Below are positions 33,885 to 39,098 of a DNA stretch of 39,098 nucleotides, in pieces. This stretch comes from Lentisphaeria bacterium (lineage in GTDB: Bacteria; Verrucomicrobiota; Lentisphaeria; Victivallales; UBA1829), in NCBI GenBank assembly GCA_019408975.1, contig DXVA01000005.1:1-39098 (forward strand), read 5' to 3'. A program made the translations under genes and the position numbers. Under the pieces are notes generated by a model. It saw nothing but the letters and a program-made list of their open reading frames with translations, did not search any database and was not told the origin of the DNA. Numbering within the stretch: position 1 is the stretch's first letter; every line of letters begins with the position of its first letter.

Positions 33885-34847
33885 ATGAGTCAAATCAAAA
33901 CAAAATGTGTATTCGGGCCGATTCCTTCGCGCCGGCTCGGACTTTCCCTCGGCATTGATCTGCTGCCGTATAAGACCTGTTCGATGGACTGCGTTTACTG
34001 CGAATGCGGGGCGACCACCAACCTTACCTGCGAGCGCAGGGAATATTTTCCGACTTCGCAGGTGATTCAGGAGCTGGAAGAAGTTCTGGCAAAGCATCAG
34101 AAAATCGACTATGTGACTTTTTCCGGTGTCGGTGAACCTACCCTGCATTCCGGTATCGGAACGATCATACGCCATATCAGGGAGGCGCATCCCGAACTGA
34201 AAATCTGCCTGCTGACGAATGCATCGCTTCTGAATGATGAACAGCTTGTGAAGGAGATTGCCCCTGTCGATCTGATCGTTCCCTCCATGGACGGCTCCAA
34301 CGACGAGGAGCTTTACAGAATCAACCGTCAGGCGGCGGGGATCACTCTGGAACGTGTGGTTGAAGGGATCATCAACTTCAAACGGCATTCCCGCGCCGCC
34401 GTCTGGCTGGAGATTTTCATTCTCCCGGGGGTGAACGACAGCATGGAATCCGCGGAACGGTTTCGTGCGCTTGCCGCGAGGATCATGCCGGACAAAGTGC
34501 AGTTGAATACGCTGGACCGTCCCGGGCTTTATGATTGGGTTCAGCCGGAGGACGATGCGGTGCTGGATCAGATCGCCGGCGTGATCGGGCGTTCCGTCCC
34601 GGTCGAGAAGATTGCCAGACATGCCCGCCGTGTTGAGAATGAGAACCATGAAGAACTGGATGTCGGGCAGTATAATGAACTGATACTTAAGACCTTGCGT
34701 TCGCGTCCATGCACTGCCGAGGATATTTCGGTTACGGTCGGGATCGAAGCTGACCGTATTGCACCGCATCTGCGCCGCATGGAGCGTGCGGGGCTGATCG
34801 TTTCCGAGTCCGGCACGCGCGGGACTTTCTACCGTCCGGTGAAATGA
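33885..34847 (+). CDS. Radical SAM protein (COG0731-like) with C-terminal winged-helix-like domain
   Basis: CSMDCVYC is a CxxxCxxC motif near the N-terminus, and FSGVGEPTL is the SAM-binding GGE-like motif. The C-terminal segment is LRRMERAGLIVSESGTRGTFY. True start is ATG 33885, downstream of AGGAG. The ORF-track extension to 33099 is antisense to the GT4 gene. Confidence 0.8.
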   Translation: MSQIKTKCVFGPIPSRRLGLSLGIDLLPYKTCSMDCVYCECGATTNLTCERREYFPTSQVIQELEEVLAKHQKIDYVTFSGVGEPTLHSGIGTIIRHIREAHPELKICLLTNASLLNDEQLVKEIAPVDLIVPSMDGSNDEELYRINRQAAGITLERVVEGIINFKRHSRAAVWLEIFILPGVNDSMESAERFRALAARIMPDKVQLNTLDRPGLYDWVQPEDDAVLDQIAGVIGRSVPVEKIARHARRVENENHEELDVGQYNELILKTLRSRPCTAEDISVTVGIEADRIAPHLRRMERAGLIVSESGTRGTFYRPVK

Positions 34848-34849
34848 AG

Positions 34850-34891
34850 GAAACGGCATTCCCGGCAGAATTCCGGAATGCCGTTTCTTTT
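34850..34891. terminator. Bidirectional rho-independent terminator
   Basis: GAAACGGCATTCCCGG, a loop, then CCGGAATGCCGTTTC, followed by TTTT. It lies between convergent stops at 34847 and 34901. Confidence 0.8.
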
Positions 34892-34900
34892 CGGAGCCGC

Positions 34901-37315
34901 TTATTTCAGATTTTTGTCCAGCGTCTCCCCGATCTTCCGGCGGACTTCAGCCAGCCGGACAGGATCGAGAGACGTTTTCCCGAACGCGGGTGCGATGCTC
35001 TCGATCTCTTTCTCCAGCCCGGTGCGGATGTCAGGCGGGAGCTTTTTCACCAGCTGCATCATGTTGAAGTCTTCGACCCCGTCGCGGAAATACTCAAGAC
35101 GCACGGAATAGATCGGCTTGTCTGCGGATGGATAAAGCAGCCAGACATGGCCGTTTTTGGCAAAGGTCCCGTATTTCCAGTTGTAGTCCATGCTCCACTG
35201 GAGGAAGCCGGAGAGCCCGCGGGAGTGGCACATCCACGGAGTCAGGCGCGGCACGATTGCTTCTGTATAAGTGCTGAAAGTGACCCCGTTCATGTAAATC
35301 CAGAACTCTTTGTTGTTTTTCCGGGAGTCCCGGATGATTTTCTGGGCATCCCTGCTCCACCAGTGGGAAAGGGGCCCGACGCAAATGATATCGTTGTTTG
35401 CCAGAACCTCCGGATCGGGGGCTGCGACGGTCATGAGGCGGAGTCCGGGGGCGTATTTGCGGACCATGCCGACTGTTCTGCGCATGGTTTCATAATGTCC
35501 TCCGGTCATTTCGTCCCAGAGATAAGCGAAACTGTTTTGCAGTATGCCTTTTTCTTTTGCCTGGCGATGGAAGCTTTTGAGGTAATTGGCAAATTTTTCC
35601 TCGAACTCTCCGGAATTGACATCCAGATTGAGAAAATGAACTTTTTTCCCCGGTTTCCAATCCCATGCACCGAGGAAAAGCCAGGGTGCCTGGAACATCG
35701 GCATCCCGTATTCCTTTACGGCTTTTTCCGCCAGCCTGAAATCGTCCGGCATATGGAGTTCTTTGCCGTCAAAGTATTTGCGCAGTTCTTTCTGCCCGCC
35801 GTAATAGACCGTTCCGTTCATCCCGCATTCCGTGAGATACTTTAAAACTTCCTCACGGTCTTTCTGCGGGGAGTTCCAGAGCAGCCCGTGGGCACAGTAA
35901 GCGGAACGCTTCGGAAGTTCGAAGTTCCAGACTTTCAGCGAAACGGGGACTTTGCATTCTTTTCCATTGATCCGGAGTATTACGTTCCCCGTATAGAGTC
36001 CGGGCGGAGTTCCGGCGGGAGTGTAAACTGTCAGATGCAGGATGCTGTTTTCTTTTGCCGTCAGTTTCAGCGGCAGGCGCTCCGGCAGCGGCAGGAGCTT
36101 GTCCGCGAATTTCCGTTCTCCGTAAAGGAGGGCAAGCGGGGATTCGACAGTCTGGTATTCCAGTGCGGCTGCCCGGAGGTTCTCTGCCGGGATTTTATGT
36201 TTCCCGGAGGATGTGAGCTCCGGCAGGATTACTTTTTCCAGAACGGCAGGGCTTTCCGGATTCAGGACCAGCTGAAAGGATTCCCGTTCATTGGCTGCCG
36301 ATTCCAGTTTGACTGCGCTGACTGCGCTGTCCGGGCTTTCCGTTCCGGGGTAGACACGTTTCATCGGGGATTCATGCCAGAGTCCGACACCGGGAATTCC
36401 ATGGAGTTTTCCCGCGAGCCCTGACGGATATTGGTATTCCGGCGCCAGCAGACTGCGGGAGAATTGTGCCGGAGCCAGATGAAAACGTTCTGCCAGCCGC
36501 CGCGCCGCTGTTTTCTGCTGTTCCGTCAGGCTTCCGCCGTCAAGAAGCTGAAAATAGATGCAGGCTCCGAGCTTCATGCCTTTGTCGTAATAGGGGAGGG
36601 AGCCTTGCCAGAGTTGATTGAAATTGACGATTTTGCACCAGCCGGTCTTCCTATATGCCGGCATGAGCCCGAGTTTGTGTCCGTACTTCAGCGGCGTGTT
36701 GACGTCGATCAGCATGAGGAGAGTTTTATCATATTCCGGCATGTGCAGCAGCAGTGCGCGGGCGCCGGCAAGATCCTGCTGCCCGGGTGCGGGTTTCGTC
36801 TGGAAGTTTTTGAGTCTGCCGTCGTCGAAGGAAACGGACTGGATTTCTTTTGTGAGATAAATCATGGGAAAGTTGTCTCTGCTGAAATCCCGCGATTCCC
36901 TGGAGGTTATGATATATTCCAGGCGGACGGCGGTGGTATCGCTGAACATTTCCATTTCACGGGTGACGTCGTAATCCACATTTCCCGTAAGGACGCGGAC
37001 CGTATTGCCTTTGATTTCATATTTCTGCGGTTTCCAGTTCAGTTCGGACTGGTCCTGATAGAAATGCTGTGTATTGCCGGTGCGTCCGTGATACCAGATC
37101 ATGCTTTGTATGACAAGTCCGAGCGATTTGCCGTTCCCGTCTCTGCCTGTGAGATTGAATGCGTAGTTCCGTCCCTTGACGAGTCTTGCGGACAGAGTGC
37201 CGTTGTTCATAGACACACTGCCGTTTTGTTCTTTGATTTCAACTGCCGCCGACGCTGTCAGAACGAGAACCGACAGCAAAGTGATGATTTTTTGCATTGG
37301 AGGATTGCCTTTCAT
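34901..37315 (-). CDS. Secreted glycoside-hydrolase-like protein (DUF4091-type)
   Basis: 804 aa. The signal peptide is ...QKIITLLSVLVLTASAA. The overall size and the C-terminal ...WWSRDAQKIIRDSRKNNKEFWIYMNG... region recall DUF4091 proteins. The assignment is by recollection only. Confidence 0.5.
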   Translation of the reverse strand: MKGNPPMQKIITLLSVLVLTASAAVEIKEQNGSVSMNNGTLSARLVKGRNYAFNLTGRDGNGKSLGLVIQSMIWYHGRTGNTQHFYQDQSELNWKPQKYEIKGNTVRVLTGNVDYDVTREMEMFSDTTAVRLEYIITSRESRDFSRDNFPMIYLTKEIQSVSFDDGRLKNFQTKPAPGQQDLAGARALLLHMPEYDKTLLMLIDVNTPLKYGHKLGLMPAYRKTGWCKIVNFNQLWQGSLPYYDKGMKLGACIYFQLLDGGSLTEQQKTAARRLAERFHLAPAQFSRSLLAPEYQYPSGLAGKLHGIPGVGLWHESPMKRVYPGTESPDSAVSAVKLESAANERESFQLVLNPESPAVLEKVILPELTSSGKHKIPAENLRAAALEYQTVESPLALLYGERKFADKLLPLPERLPLKLTAKENSILHLTVYTPAGTPPGLYTGNVILRINGKECKVPVSLKVWNFELPKRSAYCAHGLLWNSPQKDREEVLKYLTECGMNGTVYYGGQKELRKYFDGKELHMPDDFRLAEKAVKEYGMPMFQAPWLFLGAWDWKPGKKVHFLNLDVNSGEFEEKFANYLKSFHRQAKEKGILQNSFAYLWDEMTGGHYETMRRTVGMVRKYAPGLRLMTVAAPDPEVLANNDIICVGPLSHWWSRDAQKIIRDSRKNNKEFWIYMNGVTFSTYTEAIVPRLTPWMCHSRGLSGFLQWSMDYNWKYGTFAKNGHVWLLYPSADKPIYSVRLEYFRDGVEDFNMMQLVKKLPPDIRTGLEKEIESIAPAFGKTSLDPVRLAEVRRKIGETLDKNLK

Positions 37316-37336
37316 TATTTAAGATAATTGGTTTAA

Positions 37337-37457
37337 TAGTGCGATGCTTTGCATCGCAAAAACAGCTTCGTGCAGGACTCTCAGTCCTGCCGCGTTCCAG
37401 CTGCGTAAGCTGGTCGCCGCAGGCGAAATCCCCGATAGTGCGTATGCTTGCATCGCG
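37337..37457 (-). other. Structured intercistronic element: five GC-rich hairpins bounded by a 21-nt imperfect direct repeat
   Basis: The hairpins are GCGATGC-TTT-GCATCGC (37341-37357), GCAGGACT-CTC-AGTCCTGC (37372-37390), CCAGCT-GCGTA-AGCTGG (37397-37413), TCGCC-GCA-GGCGA (37414-37426) and GCGTATGC-TT-GCATCGC (37441-37457). TAGTGCGATGCTTTGCATCGC and TAGTGCGTATGCTTGCATCGC repeat 100 bp apart. Confidence 0.5.
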
Positions 37458-37494
37458 GTAGTTCATTGTTTTTATGTCTTTTCCATGCTTATGT

Positions 37495-38232
37495 TCAAGG
37501 GAAGCTGAAGCTTACATTATACAGGGGGCTCCTTTCGATTTCGACTTCTCCCCGGATGGGGAGATAGGCTGAACCGGTATGTCCGTCCGCATAAAGAAAT
37601 TGCGTGAAACGGTTATGGCTGTTGCGGGCAACTTTTTCTATTCCGACAGATTTGTACAATGCCTGATTATCATTCGCCATCCAATATTGAAACATTCCCG
37701 GAAAACCGTTGCTGTCGATTGTCAGAATGACTGCGGAACTATTCTTCAATTTTGTGATCTTTCCGAGCGATAACCGCCTGTTCATTGCATAATTGCAAAA
37801 GACAATGTCCCTTGTATTTTCAATTGTCCTTGAATCGAACCCGTAAGGTTTCTTTACCGATGGGCAGATGAACGGTTTCGAGTATGCTTTCTGTGTATCC
37901 CAGTTTGGAGAATATTTCAGTCCCATGTTTGGTTTGATTGATGTCCACCAGAGAACAGATTTTGCATTATAGCTGGTTCCGCTGCATGGAAAACAGTCAT
38001 TTGATTCCGTGATATAGCCGGCAAATCCGATTCCCTGCTGTTTCAGGTTGTTTGTGCAGGAAATGGCTTTTGCTTTTTCTCTGGCTGCATTCAGCGCCGG
38101 CAGCAATATCCCTGCAAGAATCGCGATGATCGCTATAACGATCAGAAGTTCGATCAATGTGAATTTCCTCCTGCCGCCGGATTTTCCGTGCGTCTCCTGC
38201 GGTGAAGAAATTCTGCGGAACAAATTTTTCAT
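37495..38232 (-). CDS. Prepilin-type N-terminal cleavage/methylation domain protein with H-X9-DG motif (DUF1559-like pseudopilin), second copy
   Basis: [36 protein letters not shown] is followed near the C-terminus by [12 protein letters not shown], an exact H-X9-DG. Confidence 0.85.
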   Translation of the reverse strand: MKNLFRRISSPQETHGKSGGRRKFTLIELLIVIAIIAILAGILLPALNAAREKAKAISCTNNLKQQGIGFAGYITESNDCFPCSGTSYNAKSVLWWTSIKPNMGLKYSPNWDTQKAYSKPFICPSVKKPYGFDSRTIENTRDIVFCNYAMNRRLSLGKITKLKNSSAVILTIDSNGFPGMFQYWMANDNQALYKSVGIEKVARNSHNRFTQFLYADGHTGSAYLPIRGEVEIERSPLYNVSFSFP

Positions 38233-38259
38233 TTTCAGTCTCCTTTGGATGGTTATGCG

Positions 38260-39098
38260 TTATATTGCTCTGGTTGTGTCGCCTGAAACGAATTTCGGGC
38301 GGATCATGATCGTTTTGAATTCCGTCTGCTTCGGTTCCTCCATGACTGCAAGAAGCTGCCGCGCCGCTTCCCGGCAGATATTCTCAAGCATGGTGCAGAC
38401 TCCGGTGATTTTGCCGAAACGGTGGCTGGGGGTGTTGAAGGAGCCGGTCAGGCTGATGTCCCGCGGGACCGCCAATCCCATTTTTTCCAGAGCTGTCATT
38501 GCAAATGAAGCGCGATGATCATCTATGCAGACCAGGGCGGTTGGCGGAGGACCGCCTGTAAATGCCTTTTTCAGATAAGGCAGATAATCCGGAGTGGCGG
38601 GTTCGGAAGCCAGGATGCCGTTCACGCAGGGACGCTGCCAGGGGATGCAGTAACGCTCGTCGACGGGAAGCCCCAGCTCCTTCATGCTTTGGAGATATCC
38701 CCTGAAACGTTCATCCGAAAGCTGATTTTCGATCTCATCGGAAAGGAAGCCGATCCGGCGGTGCCCGAGGCGGTGGAGATGCTGAACGGAAAGCGCACTG
38801 TAAGCATAGTTGTCCAGTGCGACAAAATCGGATTCCAGCGCCGGCGCCTGATACTGGATTCCGACATGGGGCAGGGGACGGATGTATTTCTGCCAGAAAC
38901 TGTAATCTGTGCGCCCGTGGAAGACGACACCGCCGACATCACGGGACGCCAGGCATGGCGGAGGCATCCAGTCCATGCCGATTTGAGTAAGGAGCAAATT
39001 GCAGCCGGCTTTCTGCAGTACGCCGTTGAGTCCGGCATAGATCGGTTCAAAGGTATTGGTGCCGCGGAAACTGGACTCGCTCATTGCCGTCGAAAGTG
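38260..39098 (-). CDS. LacI-family transcriptional regulator, 5'-partial (HTH outside window)
   Basis: A periplasmic-binding-protein-like effector domain: LGHRRIGFLS, RFRGYLQSMKELGLPVDE, PTALVCIDDHRASFAMTALEKMGLAVPRDISLTGSFN. The frame stays open upstream of Met 39084 to the window edge. Confidence 0.75.
   Translation of the reverse strand, partial: LSTAMSESSFRGTNTFEPIYAGLNGVLQKAGCNLLLTQIGMDWMPPPCLASRDVGGVVFHGRTDYSFWQKYIRPLPHVGIQYQAPALESDFVALDNYAYSALSVQHLHRLGHRRIGFLSDEIENQLSDERFRGYLQSMKELGLPVDERYCIPWQRPCVNGILASEPATPDYLPYLKKAFTGGPPPTALVCIDDHRASFAMTALEKMGLAVPRDISLTGSFNTPSHRFGKITGVCTMLENICREAARQLLAVMEEPKQTEFKTIMIRPKFVSGDTTRAI

Noticed and set aside
34844-37327. Plus-strand ORFs of 333, 178 and 298 aa opposite the DUF4091-like hydrolase gene, and 33810-34859 (minus strand) opposite the radical SAM gene
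   Set aside because: These are antisense shadow ORFs. The opposite frames carry a signal peptide or radical SAM motifs, and these ORFs carry none.

Overview
This 39.1-kb window is probably from a PVC-group bacterium, Lentisphaerota/Victivallales-like. That is an inference from two H-X9-DG pseudopilin-like genes and the density of secreted glycan hydrolases.

The dominant structure is a ~25.7-kb genomic island (4426-30159) integrated at the 3' end of an intact tRNA-Lys(CUU). It is bounded by a perfect 22-bp direct repeat, and a tyrosine integrase lies next to the tRNA.

The island is compositionally mosaic:
- **AT-rich orphan gene (4907-6400):** sits at the far end of the island.
- **Rhamnoside/rhamnose utilisation block (6444-20521), about 14 kb:** SSF transporter, GH78-like hydrolase, clan GH-A hydrolase with a CBM9-like domain, pseudopilin-like protein, AraC regulator, GH78 rhamnosidase, SGNH esterase and rhaA.
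- **Plus-strand operon of mobile-element genes (20853-24855):** beta-clamp homologue, unknown protein, Cas4-like PD-(D/E)XK nuclease, DUF932 protein and two small zinc-ribbon proteins.
- **CP4-57/P4-like backbone (24917-30030):** Trp/Cys repeat protein, YagK/YfjJ (inovirus Gp2-type) protein, an iteron-like repeat array, an AlpA-like excisionase/regulator, a second AT-rich orphan gene and the integrase.

The flanks look like ordinary chromosome. On the left are two flavoproteins and a phosphodiester glycosidase. On the right are an EF-hand membrane protein coupled to a WecA/MraY-like GT4 transferase, a radical SAM protein, a DUF4091-type hydrolase, a second pseudopilin-like gene and a partial LacI regulator.

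I saw no CRISPR array, rRNA, relaxase/T4SS or phage structural genes. The candidates for undescribed biology are the clamp-nuclease-DUF932 operon with its zinc-ribbon/glycine-zipper tail, the two AT-rich orphans at the island ends, and the apparent mobilisation of a whole glycan-catabolic locus. All functional calls rest on motif recognition by eye, and no database search was possible.
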